A DNA stretch of 44,031 nucleotides, from assembly GCA_002269645.1 (NCBI GenBank), contig NIVC01004500.1, positions 1 through 44,031 of the forward strand. Direction: 5' to 3'. Below the pieces are notes generated by a model. It made no database searches. It was not told the origin of the DNA and was given only the letters and a program-made list of their open reading frames with translations. Below, piece after piece: positions 23,255 to 34,979 of the stretch (positions are counted from its first letter, which is position 1; each line of letters starts with the position of its first letter). The stretch is from Macrostomum lignano. Its lineage: Eukaryota. A program made the translations under genes and the position numbers.

Positions 23255-24911
23255 CAGTCATGCACAAAAGTAAGTACACCCCAAGCAAAAATTGAGAAAA
23301 ACTGTTAAAATTTCTGAACCGTCAGCTGTATTACAACTAAACTGAATCACAATGTTCCTTATTGACTGGCATTTATTTTGACACATCAAGCTTTGAAAAA
23401 CTCTTTGTGACTACGGAGCTATGGCCAAAAATGCTCAAACACACCTGTGCAAAAGTAAGTACACCCTGTCTTAATACTTTGTAGCTCCGCCTCATGCAGC
23501 CACCACAGCCAAGAGCCGCTTGCGGTAGCCATTCACCAGGGCAGCGCACCTTTCAGCGGGCACTTTCCGCCACTCCTCAATGCAGAATTCGGCCAATTCC
23601 CGCAGATTCTTCGGCTTCCTTGCGTGAACCATCTTCTTGAGATCCGTCCACAGCATCTCGATCGGGTTCAGGTCAGGGCTCTGGCTTGGCCACTCCATGA
23701 CCTTGATGCGCCTCTGCTGCAGCCATCGCCAAGTTGCAGCGCTCGTGTGCTTGGGGTCATTGTCCTGCTGCAGTGTCCAAGCTCGTCTAAGACCGAGGTC
23801 ATGCACTGATGGCTGCAGGTTTTCGTCAAGGATCTGCTGATACACAGCCGAATTCATCTTCTCGGTGATGTGCATCAGCCTGCCGGTGCCAGCAGCTGCA
23901 AAGCAGCCCCACAGCATGATGCTGCTGCCTCCGTGCTTGACTGTTGGCTTTAGGTGTTTCTGCTCAAATGAGGTGTTTGGCTTGCGCCACACGCGCTGCT
24001 TCTCATTCCTGCCGAACAGCTCAATCTTGGTTTCATCAGTCCAAAGCACTGACTGCCAGTAGCTGTCCGGCTTGCTCAGCATCGCATTAGCGAACTGCAG
24101 CCTAGCATCGCGATGTCGCTGCTGCAGCAGAGGCTTTTTTCTTGGAATGCAGCTGCGGAGGCCCACGCGGTTTAGGGCTCGGCGAACAGTAGTCCTGTGC
24201 GGCAATAAGCCAGCTGCATTCAGCATCTGCTGCAGCTTGCATGATGTTGCATTTGGGTTTTGGCTGACTTCTTGCGTGAGTTTGCGCAGCGCGCGAGCTG
24301 AAATTTTGCTCAGCCGGCCACTGCGAGGCAGAGATACTGTGGTGCCGTGCTGCTTGTACTTTGCGATGATGCGCCTAACCGTTGATACATGCACATTGAA
24401 GGCAGTCGATATCCACTTGTAGCCATCGCCACTATCGTGAGCTGCTACAATGCAATTTCTTAACTGAACTGACAGCTCCTGGCCTCTTGGCATTGTCCTG
24501 GCGTGTATCAAGTCAATGACGAAGCAGCTGCATTGCACATGAGCTTTATAGTAGCATGAAAACCAGTAGCTGAGCCGATTGAGAGCAGGGGCAAGCAGGA
24601 CTAAAGTCGCTGGTGACGTAACAGGCAGTGAGGCGGCTGGCAATGTACTTATGGTGGCTCGCATCTGCACAGAGGAGGTTATACTGGTAGTAAAGGGCAG
24701 GGTGTACTTACTTTTGCACAGGTGTTTTTGAGCATTTTTGGCCATAGCTCCGTAGCCACAAAGAGTTTTTCAAAGCTTGATGTGTCAAAATAAATGCCAG
24801 TCAATAAGGAACATTGTGATGCAGTTTTGTTGTAATACAGCTGACGGTTCAGAAATTTTAACAGTTTTTCTCAATTTTTGCTTGGGGTGTACTTACTTTT
24901 GTGCATGACTG
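23255..24911 (-). mobile_element. Tc1-family DNA transposon, IR/DR type, 1657 bp
   Basis: 214-bp TIRs (23255-23468, 24698-24911) with about 4 differences. Each TIR carries outer and inner direct repeats GCA(C)AAAAGTAAGTACACC. TA duplication at 23253-54 and 24912-13. Confidence 0.97.
23492..24493 (-). CDS. Tc1 transposase (DD34E), 333 aa, truncated by a TGA seven codons before the ancestral stop
   Basis: MPRGQELS HTH start at 24493; WTDETK, QQDNDPKH, SPDLNPIE with D-34-E spacing. After ...AVVAA-TGA the frame continues GGC GGA GCT ACA AAG TAT TAA (GGATKY*), the usual Tc1 C-terminus. Confidence 0.93.
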   Translation of the reverse strand: MPRGQELSVQLRNCIVAAHDSGDGYKWISTAFNVHVSTVRRIIAKYKQHGTTVSLPRSGRLSKISARALRKLTQEVSQNPNATSCKLQQMLNAAGLLPHRTTVRRALNRVGLRSCIPRKKPLLQQRHRDARLQFANAMLSKPDSYWQSVLWTDETKIELFGRNEKQRVWRKPNTSFEQKHLKPTVKHGGSSIMLWGCFAAAGTGRLMHITEKMNSAVYQQILDENLQPSVHDLGLRRAWTLQQDNDPKHTSAATWRWLQQRRIKVMEWPSQSPDLNPIEMLWTDLKKMVHARKPKNLRELAEFCIEEWRKVPAERCAALVNGYRKRLLAVVAA

Positions 24912-25188
24912 TATGCTTAGACAAGCTATTTGATCATGCAATATAAGAATTGCCAATAGTTTTTTTTCTCCTCATATACATAGCTCTGATATATATGGGA
25001 AGCTAGTATACATATATGTGATGTATATAAGAAAAGATGTTTATTTATTTAGACTTAGAGCAATTGATACTTATAATTGATTAAGTTGATTTGCAAAAAA
25101 CTATAGTCAGCCTAGGCTATGTGGCTAAACTAAACTATAAGATACAAGCTACATTGTACAATTTTCAAAATATTCATATGATGGCAAT

Positions 25189-25290
25189 CTTTTGTTATAC
25201 AATCATTTGTACTATTCTATTTTGTTATGCAATCATTTGTACTACTCCATTTTGTTATGCAATCATTTGTACTACTCTATTTTGTTATGT
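25189..25290. repeat. 30-bp tandem repeat, about 3 units
   Basis: TTTTGTTATGCAATCATTTGTACTACTC(C/T)A read directly. Confidence 0.85.
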
Positions 25291-25406
25291 AATTCCTTTT
25301 AGTATTAGGAATGCCAAAAACTATGCTTATTTGATTGACTGGTTAACTGTTTTTAAAAACAGTATTTTTCAGGAAATTGATTTTTAAGAACCAGTTTGTG
25401 TATCAA

Positions 25407-27818
25407 TTTTATAAAGGCAGTGCTTATCCCCACGGTACCGTAGAAATAATTTCTGTCTTATTCCAACAGTACCATGAGGATAATTTTCTGCTTATCCGCA
25501 CGGCACACTGACAAGATAGGGCGAATTGTTGAAGCAATACAATAATCTATACAAACAAATTAAGAATTTACATGTCTAATAAAAGTCTATAAAAGTGGCA
25601 ATGGACTTTTTGGGGATCTCGCGGATTAGACTAGTTGCTAAAAATAAAATTATAAACAATTACTAGAGCAATTTACCTTAAATCATACGTCATAATTACA
25701 AAAAGTGTTTTTTGCATAAAAAGGCCATTAAATCTTTTTTAATACTAAAGCTGACACAATGTTTGTGTGTATGTGTGTTGTAAGTGAACTCCTACAATTC
25801 TGCCAAGTCAGTGTCAAAACTTATATGGGAAAACTGCAAATTTTCCAAAGCAGGCTTTAGGCTATTTTAATTTTTAATTTTCACATTTTAACATCCCTAA
25901 AAAAGCAGCAAACTGCTTTTTTAACCCCCAATAACCTTCTTTGGCCACTCTGCCTAGGGCTGCAGCCAGTTTGTAAAAATAGCCACCCTAACCTCCGCCT
26001 GCGGGCCACTGTGTATTGAGGGGTAGTGGGTGCGCGTGTTCTGGGTTCAATGCAAATAAACCCCCGCGTGTTGGGGGGTTGAGTTAAATTTAATGCTTCC
26101 CCCAGAACGGGGGTTGGGATTGGGCTAAGTGTACATAGCAGTTGTACAGTATAAACAGATAGACTGTGTCGAGATTCAATTGGTTTTATTATTGGCGCCT
26201 TTTTTCTATAGGCAGCCCTGTGTATTAGTTTGGCAGTGAAATTCAATGAATAAACTTGCGAGCTTCTCTAGCAAGCAGTCCGGAAATTGGTAAATTTCAA
26301 ACGCTAACTGTTCCTCGAGTTTTAAACTTTGAGAGGAGAAACTTATATTGCTGGAATCTCTCTTAATACTAAAAGTAGTGCGATGTTTGTCTGTTTGTCT
26401 GTTTGTCTGTTTGTCTGTGTGTTGCAATTTTTCTCCTAGAATACTGGCAAGTCAGCGTTGAAACATATGGTGAAACTGCAAATTTTCCGGGTCGGGCTAT
26501 AGGCTATTTTAATATTTTATTTTCGATTGTTAAGATCCTTAAAAAAGCAGAAAACTGCAATCTTGACCTTTGATAATCTTATTTGTCCCCTCTTTCTGCT
26601 CGGAGCTGATAAAATGCATCAATTTTAATTGCTTGCGCCATAACTTTCTCCTATCTTGCCAGTGCATTTCTCTCCAGTTTGGGGATGGGGCGTTCTAAGT
26701 GGCTGCGTGTATACACTTAGACCCTGGCTCACTGGCGCACTGTATAGATGATTGTGCAATGATTTGGCTACTGTTAAGTTGTTCTGCCTTTCAATATGAA
26801 GCCCTGTGTATTGTAGGACAGTGAAATTCATTGCATAACTTGCAAGTCGCTTTAACAGGTGGTAAGCGTACACTCGATATTTCAATGCTTTAAATTGGAA
26901 AGTTGTAAACACTAACTGCTCTTTGAGTTCTAAACTTTAAGAGAAGAGACTTATATTGCCGGAAAGAGCTTGCAACACTGAGTTTGGAGGTATAAGTTGT
27001 TTGCTTTAAATATGAAAACAAAAAGGACAGCATTCAAAAACTATTTCCAATCTTTTAACTTTCTGCAAAGATTGTACTCATTTTCGCGAGACGTAATAGA
27101 TAAAGTCGGGGGGAGGATTCAACTTCTTACTGCCACTGTGTATTGGAGGGTTGATTTAGATTGTGCAATCATTTTGTTAACTTTACCTGAGCCTGATACT
27201 GACTAAATGAGAAATTGGTTGCGCAATAAATTGATTCAATTAGTTTAATATTCTTATTGACGCCTTTCAACCCGCAGCTATGTGCAGCTCTAACCCTAAA
27301 CCTAACCACTGATGGCACTGAACCCTGAGAGTTGAGTTCTTTTTGACGGAGAAAATTTCAATTTAGTCCAGTTTTACGGAAAGGATTTCGATGGTTTTCA
27401 GTTTCACAGAGAGGATTTCTGTTTCGTGGAGCGGATTTTATTGGTGTTCAGTTTCACGGAGAGGATTTTTTGTCTTCAAAGAGGAGTTGGATAATGGGAT
27501 TCGGGTCATGGGATTCAGCTGATGGATTTCAGGGAATGGAATTCTGGTGATGGGAGTTCTTCCCCTTTCTCCTCCATCGGAGGAGTTGGCCTCGTAATTC
27601 TATAAAACTAATGGCCAAGCAAAGTTATGTTGTTATATTGCACTTAAACCATAAGTACTAAACTCTAAATTATGAACCCACAGCATATGTAAAAAATAGG
27701 GCAGCTATCTCGTCAGTGTGCCATGCAGATAAGCAGAAAATTATCCCCATGGTACTGTTGGAATAAGACAGAAATTATTCCTACGGTACCGTGGGGATAA
27801 GCACTGCCTTTTATAAAA
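25407..27818. mobile_element. Non-autonomous TIR element, about 2.4 kb, with about 113-bp inverted termini
   Basis: 25407-25519 is the reverse complement of 27705-27818 (about 5 substitutions and 1 indel), beginning TTTTATAAAGGCAGTGCTTATCCCCACGGTACCGTAG. No transposase ORF; superfamily undetermined. Confidence 0.75.
25741..26990. mobile_element. Two diverged tandem units of about 624 bp resembling Lep1/DINE-like non-autonomous Helitron heads
   Basis: Both units (25741, 26365) start AATACTAAA followed by a TGTT/TGTC microsatellite. They share blocks such as AAACTGCAAATTTTCC, AAAAAAGCAG, GCCCTGTGTATT and CTTATATTGC. Family assignment is from memory. Confidence 0.5.
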
Positions 27819-28788
27819 CAAATAACAAATGAACTTATGCCTTTAAGATTGAGATTGCACTTTAAATACAAAAGATCCACTTGTAGAAAATGCATGTTTA
27901 GCCTTGATACTTATAGGCCTAGGTAGAATTAGCTAAAGTCCTTGGCTTGGTATAGTTGCATAAGCAGAGTACATTTTTGCTATGCAATATAGAGGAACTC
28001 TGTCTCGTAGCCAAGGCAATTAGACTTTCTAATATCATGCTTTGGTTTTGACTTTAAGACTATTCATTCTTCTATTATAAAAATAACTTCAGCTAGTCTT
28101 CTAGGCCTATGCAGACCTCTTGCTGATTTGCCTAATTGCTGTTGATTGCTTTAGTTGGTCTTGAACATATAGCTACTAACTATAGCTACTAACTATAGCT
28201 ACTTGAACATATAGCTGCTGGTAAATATGATGTTGCCAACTCATCTAAACATAAATGAACAATTCCAGATTCATGTTAAGACTTATTGCAGCTGCTCCAC
28301 TTTCATTAGCAGTTTGATTGACATTGTCTTTAGGCTGTGCACATGCACATAGTTCTAGTTTTTTGGTAAGAAAAATTAAAGTTTATTTAATGGCATTGAG
28401 CTTATATCTTGAGTTAGTAGGTCATTATTAGAAGAGAAACTTGGCTACAGTCACTATGGGTCTGCTATATTCTTGAATATGCCCCTTAAGGCTTAAGTGA
28501 GCTGGAAAGATCCTATGCAAGGTCATTTTCTTGGCTTGATGGCTTCAATATGGCTAGGGATATTGACCCTGGGGAGTGCTCCCCGGGGCCCCGGGGAGCT
28601 TGTTGGGGAATTCTCCCTGGGGAATTGAACCAAGGACCCCGGGGAGAAAAAAAAGCATTTTTAACTTAATTTTTGCCATTTTAAATAAGAAAATCATTCA
28701 CAGAAAGCTGATTGAAACTCTGTCTATGCTTTTTTTACCGCAAAACTGCTTTTTTCAATGTATTATTTCAAACACAACACGTTTGAAT

Positions 28789-29004
28789 TGGGGGGGGGTC
28801 ATAAGACCAAAAATTCATAACGCCGAAACGCTATACTTCACAAGACCGAAACTTCATAAGACCAAAATTTCACATTGTAGAAAACTTAATACAATAAGGA
28901 GCATGCAGAATTTTTGGCGTCGTGAAATTCTGGTCTTATGAAGTTTTGGTCTTGTAAAGGGTAGTGCTTTTCGGCGTTGAAATTTCGGTCTTATGAAAGC
29001 GACC
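28789..29004. mobile_element. Small palindromic MITE, about 216 bp
   Basis: Repeated CATAAGACC(A/G)AAA at the left, inverted as TT(T/C)GGTCTTATG at the right; ACGCCGAAA/TTTCGGCGT pair. GTTTGAAT directly repeated on both flanks (28781, 29006) is a candidate 8-9 bp TSD. Confidence 0.6.
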
Positions 29005-29665
29005 TGTTTGAATGTTTTTTTTCACTATGAGTCTTTCAAACAAGCAAATTGAACGTATGAGCGTAGAAACCCGTCAGGAAAAAGAAGCCTTACTGACTAT
29101 TGTGTTGGTCTGCGTTGACGGCTTGACGCATTTGACGCAGGCACAGCGCTGTCACTTAACTAACTCCTAATCCTGAGTCCTGAGTCCTCTTTTGAGTAAA
29201 GAGAATGCTAAGCTAATGGCAATGGCAATGCTACCAGTGCCAACCAGTGATATAGAAACCTATATAGCAATCCAACATTGGCAACTTTTTAAATGTTGAC
29301 CAATGTTGTAATAACATTATTGCTTTTTCTATCTCCTCCTGACCACCAACCAACATTCAACATTAAGATGTCTGCTAGATGTTGGGGGATAGGAAAAGTG
29401 GTAATATTGCAGCAATGTTGGCTGACATTGAAAAGTGTTAACATTAGATTGTTGTACATGTTTTTATATCTAGTTTGTATTCCATTTTAGAATTTTAATA
29501 AGCATGTAAAAAACTAAAAAACTGGTTAACTAGAGTTGGCATCCCTAATCCCCATTAAAAGTTAAGGCACAATCAGTTTTCATTTTTCATACCATTATAA
29601 AAATTATAGTCATAGCTATTGCAAAAGTCTACTTGTACAATTTAACAAAAATATTTACTATATAT

Positions 29666-30597
29666 CCCGATGGGAAAAGGGCAGCCTCTAATTTTTACCC
29701 TAGCCTCAAATGCAGCCTCGAATGAACCTCAAAGTGGATTTTTTTGAGGCTGGTTTGATGCTAGCCTCAAAAATAATCTTTAACCTCAAAAGAGATTGTA
29801 TTTGATGCTGGATTTGAGGCTAGAGTAGAGGTTCAAATTAGAGTCTGAGATAGAGGCTAGATTCGAGGCTGGATTAGAGGCTTTTTTGAGCCTGGATTTG
29901 ACGTTTAATTTAGAGGCTAAATTTGAGGCTGGATTAGAGGCTTTTTTTGAGCCTGGATTTGATGTTTAATTTAGAAGCTAAATTCGAGGCTGGATTAGAG
30001 GCTTTTTTTGAGCCTGGATTCGACGATTAATTTAGAGGCTAAATTCAAGGCTGGATTAGAGGCTTTATTTGAGCCTGGATTTGACGTTTAATTTAGAGGC
30101 TAAATTCGAGGCTGGATTAGAGGCTGGATTAGAGACTGAATTAGAGGCTAGATTAGAGACTGAATTAGAGGCTGGATTAGAGACTGGATTCGAGGCTGGA
30201 TTAGAGACTGGATTCAAGGCTCAATTAGAGGCTGGATTAGAGGCTGTATTAGAGACTGAATTAGAGGCTGGATTAGAGACTGGATTCGAGGCTGGATTAG
30301 AGACTGGATTTGAGGCTCAATTAGAGGCTGGATTAGAGGCTGGATTAGAGACTGAATTAGAGGCTGGATTAGAGACTGGATTCGAGGCTGGATTAGAGAC
30401 TGGATTTGAGGCTCAATTAGAGGCTGGATTAGAGGCTGGATTTGAGGCTAAATTTGAGGCTGGATTAGAGACTGGATTCGAGGCTAAATTTGAGGCTGGA
30501 TTAGAGGCTGGATTTAAGGCTAAATTTGAGGCAGGATTCGAGGCTAAATTTGAGGCTGTATTAGAGACTGGGTTAGAGGCTGGAATATCCCGCTGGG
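29666..30597 (+). mobile_element. CCC-ended element A with expanded 12-bp subterminal repeats (TTAGAGGCTGGA)
   Basis: Left end CCCGATGGGAAAAGGGCAGCCTCTAA; right end reverse complement CCCAGCGGGATATTCCAGCCTCTAA. Dozens of GAGGCT motifs. Resembles CMC/EnSpm-type non-autonomous elements (inference). Confidence 0.6.
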
Positions 30598-31610
30598 ACC
30601 CGTCGCCTGATGTCATGCGCCTGATGGAGGATCCTTTCTGCAGCGACGATGAATCGGACGCTGCTGCATACACAGTCGGCACCGACAAAATCCTGGGCAC
30701 GTGCCTTGTGAGCAGAACGCATATTGCTCTGATGCCGTTCTCGCAGCTGAATTATTTGTAGGCTAGTGGTCTTTTTATCTTTCTCGCTTTCTTTCTCCAT
30801 TTTTCTTTCTCACTTTTGAGACAATTAAAAAGTTATCAAGGTTTGGAGGTCTACTGTGTAAGTAGTGCCAAATTATATGAAAATTCACTACTCCAATTCC
30901 CAACATGTATTCACTGAAGTGCTGAAGTGAAGTGAAGTGAACTGAAGTGAACTGAACTGAAGTGAAGAAAGATACAGGATTTTCTGTCTTATATGAAGGC
31001 TAGAAGTAATATTTTCCATAGACATAACTGTCATGAGCCCTAGAGTCCTAGGCTAAAGTATAAACTCCAGTAAAAAAATACAAAAGAAACTAGAGATGTT
31101 TGTCAGTGGATTTATGACACATCCCTCGTAAAAAGAAACGTGGTAGAGTTGCTTGCCTAATTATAGTGCACAGGCCTGGCTTATTGTGCACTGCGTAGAT
31201 TATTGGGCACAGGCCCGGATTATTGAGCACAGGCCCGGATTATTGTGCAGTGCCTGGATTATTGGATTGTATTCTACCAGTTTATTAGTGCATTAAATTC
31301 ACATGTTTATAACATTTTTACAAGGTTATTTCGTAGTCTTTGTGCTGTCATCTCCCCTTAAGCTGCCAATATTTTGTACCGATAAACTAAACTGCTCAAC
31401 TGTGCTCAAATTCTGATCTATTTGATCTTATTGATTTTTAGTCCTTAATTCACTTTTTATTGTAAATATACTGTCTTTGCTCCAATAACTGCATGCTTAA
31501 TTACTGCTGTTACTGTTATTACTGTTCTCAATGAGCGCGGCCGTTGCTGTGCTGTACAAATTTTTGATTCTTCCATTTTTTTTAGTAAATTTTACTCTAC
31601 TAGCCAGATC

Positions 31611-32431
31611 CCCAGTTGCTGGGTCAGCCTCTCATTGACAATCTCGAAATTGCCAGCCTTTAATCCAGCCTCTAACTGAGCATCAAATTGCCAGCCTCTA
31701 ATTCAGCCTCTAATTCAGCCTCTAATTGAGCCTCTAACTGAGCATCAAATCGCCAGCCTCTAATTGAGCCTCTAATTCAGCCTCTAACTGAGCATCAAAT
31801 CGCCAGCCTCTAATTGAGCCTCTAATTCAGCCTCTAATTGAGCCTCTAACTGAGCATCAAATCGCCAGCCTCTAATTGAGCCTCTAATTGAGCCTCTAAT
31901 TCAGCCTCTAACTGAGCATCAAATCGCCAGCCTCTAATTGAGCCTCTAATTCAGCCTCTAACTGAGCATCAAATCGCCAGCCTCTAATTGAGCCTCTAAT
32001 TCAGCCTCTAATTCAGCCTCTAACTAAGCATCAAATCGCCAGCCTCTAATTCAGCCTCTAATTCAGCCTCTAACTGAGCGTCAAATCGCCAGCCTCTAAT
32101 TGAGCCTCTAATTCAGCCTCTAATTGAGCCTCTAACTGAGCATCAAATCGCCAGCCTCTAATTGAGCCTCCAATACGAGCCTCAAATTGCCAGCCTCTAA
32201 TTGAGCCTCCAATATGAGCCTCAAATTGCCAGCCTCTAATTGAGCCTCCAATACGAGCCTCAAATTGCAAGCATCAAATCTGGGTCATTTTTAGAGGCTG
32301 CGACACCCAAGAGTCGAGCCTCTAACCCAGCCTCTAGCCTCCCATTGGTTTAGTGTAACCAAATAAAAAAAATCATTAGAGGCTAGCGCCAAAAAGTGAG
32401 CCTCCAACACCCCTCCAGATTTTCCATCGGG
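31611..32431 (-). mobile_element. CCC-ended element B, an inverted relative of element A (CAGCCTCTAATT repeats)
   Basis: Starts CCCAGTTGCTGGGTCAGCCTCT and ends TTTTCCATCGGG, the reverse complement of A's left end. 12-bp repeats run in the opposite orientation to A. Confidence 0.6.
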
Positions 32432-33527
32432 GTATACACTTTAGTAATATAATCCTTCAAATAGTAAATTTGTTTCAAATTGTATTAGTTAGATTGGATA
32501 ATGGATAAAGTGGAATGCATCTTAGAATGATCTTAGCCCTAAGTGACACAATTCACACCATGTCTACAGGCTTGTATGGGCTGATTTTGCAATCAAGCTG
32601 ATATGAAGAAAAAAGCTGACATTAGTGTATTGTCAATGATAATATTAAGAGTTAAATCAATTAATTAATTCCTTCATTCATTATTCAACTGATGAACAAT
32701 TCATCAGTTGACCACTGGCTTTGGAGTAGAAACTTTTCACATGTTGCTGAGTGTATATTAAATATATATTGTATGTGACCATAGTCTATAATAGTGCAAT
32801 ATTAATTTGCATATATATGTTTGGTAATATGCATTCTTTAACATGTTGCTGAGTATATTTACATTTGCATTTGTCATTTGCAAGTTACATTTAGTACATA
32901 TATTACAGAGAATACATATAGAATAATAAAATTGGTATTTCCAAGAGCTTTGCAAACTGCAAGAATGCCAAATTAATTCCTTTTTTAGTTTGAAGTTATT
33001 CTGATTTCCTAAAATATGTTCACTTAAATGAATCAATAAACTTGCTTGAATAAAAAGTAATTGAAAAGCAAGATTTCATGCTAAAAGTGTTACTTGAGCC
33101 TCCATTATTCTTGGAAGTATAAATAAAATGAAAAATAGAAACTTTAATGCAAAAATATGACAATCAAGCAAGGTTGGGGTTTGAAATTCATTAACTACCA
33201 AACTTTCATTACATTCAACTACTTGACAAGACTTGACTCAAATACTCGCCTTGAACCCCAAAGTATGGTCAAGTTCATGACTCAATCAAAATCTGGAGTT
33301 TGTGCAGGGTCTAGTATTATGCATATTGTGCATATTGTATTGGCCAAAACTTCACATTGCCAAAACGGCTAGCACACTCACGAGTTTTGGCCTAGTGAAA
33401 GAGGCTGCTAAAATGATTTTTGTCATTATGAACTTCTTGCCTAGTAAAATTTTATTTATCTATGATATAAGTAGCAGTCTTCATTTAATTGAAATTTATC
33501 TTAAGCCTTATAAAAATGATATTTTGC

Positions 33528-34019
33528 ATGGCCACCCTTGAGCTTGAACGAGCCGTGTTCTTCTACCCTCACCTGAGGGCTGCCCTGCACCGCCTGCCGA
33601 TGCACTTTAGGAAGCGGTACATGGAAAACAAAGCATTCAGAAGGCCGGCCGTGCACATGAAGCCGTTCTCCGAGGAGCATCCCGACCAGCCGTTTGTGCT
33701 GCACAGTGACGGTCGGGTTTATCCCAGCCGGCACTTTGATCTGCCGCCGCAGATTTTCTATCCCGCCGAGTCTCAGCGGTGCCTGTGGGCTAACGAGGGC
33801 ATCGTCTATGGATTCCGGCAGCGAAAGAAGGAGAGTCCGGTGGGTTTTGCTGCGCTTGCAATGCTGAGATCTCGCTCAGATATGTTTACAATGATAGATA
33901 GATGGTTGAGATAGGTACGTAGGTAGGTAGATAGATAGATAGATAGATAGGCAGGTAGATAGATAGATAGATAGGTAGATAGATAGATAGATAGGCAGGT
34001 AGATAGGTAGATAGATAGG

Positions 34020-34050
<31 letters not shown>

Positions 34051-34586
34051 GTAGATAGATAGATAAATAGATAGATAGACAGGTAGATAGATAGATTGGT
34101 TGCTTAATTGATTGATGAATTGATAGATCCGCTTAATTCGCTACGATTCCCTAGATTCACCCGCGCTTCTGGAGGCCTCACCTGTACCGGATCCCCTTCC
34201 ACTCGGAGCTGTTGAACCGCTGGATGTACATCATTGTGAGCCATCGCGCCCTGACCCTGATCGAGCAGGCTGGCTCGCTCGATCAGTACATCCTGGCATC
34301 CTCTGACGGGGAGCTGAACTCGCGCCTGGGCACGCATCTGAAGCGGGACATGCTGCTGGCGCTGGCCCGCCTACCGCCAGACAGTGAGCTGTTCCAGCGC
34401 TACGCCAAGTACGCCGTGCCGCCGGAGGAGGCTGAATGGATCGGGCTCAGCCTTGCCGAGGCCTGCAAGAAGCAGCTCAAATTGGAGTCAGATGCCAAGA
34501 AGCAGGCGGCCGCCGTGCCTAAGAAGATTGAACTGATGCGCCGGCTGCGGGAGCCGCAGAATTCAGCCGAGGCTCCAGTTGCTTAG
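33528..34586 (+). CDS. MRPL28: Mitochondrial ribosomal protein bL28m, 247 aa; exons 33528-33839 and 34155-34586
   Basis: [70 protein letters not shown] match the MRPL28 family. Phase-0 intron GTGGGT...CCCTAG. Confidence 0.93.
33905..34095. repeat. (GATA/GGTA)n microsatellite in the MRPL28 intron
   Basis: Direct read. Confidence 0.95.
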
Positions 34587-34979
34587 TTACCTGGCCTTAA
34601 ACTTGGCCTAATAATCGCCTTTATCATTGCCACTGAGGGCCATGTAGCTTTGCAGAGATATATCAACTTTTTTCTGTTTAATGTAGTTAACAAATTTGGT
34701 GATCGCATGCATGCTAGCCTCAGTAGCATCATTCATTGGATAACCAAATTCTACTATATGTACAAATGCTAGTTTAATGTTCTTTGTTTGTTATCAACTG
34801 ATAGTACAGTGAAGTCTGTCCTTTCTTTGTCTTAATTACTTGCATTTTTGCGGTTTAGTTTCTCTATAGAAAATTTTCAGATTTAGTTATTCATATATAG
34901 ACTTGTATTTTAGTGTCAGAAGAAGAGTGATGTGTAGTTTAAAGGGATCCAGGATTTATGGTTGAAGGGCAAAATCATT

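Noticed and set aside
24494-24745. 84-aa N-terminal extension of the transposase
   Set aside because: It runs through the TIR and 5' leader. Tc1 transposases start at the MPRG-like Met (24493).
30069-30597. ELEAGLET repeat protein
   Set aside because: Its open frame follows from the 12-bp periodicity of transposon subterminal repeats. It has a TTG start and no independent support.
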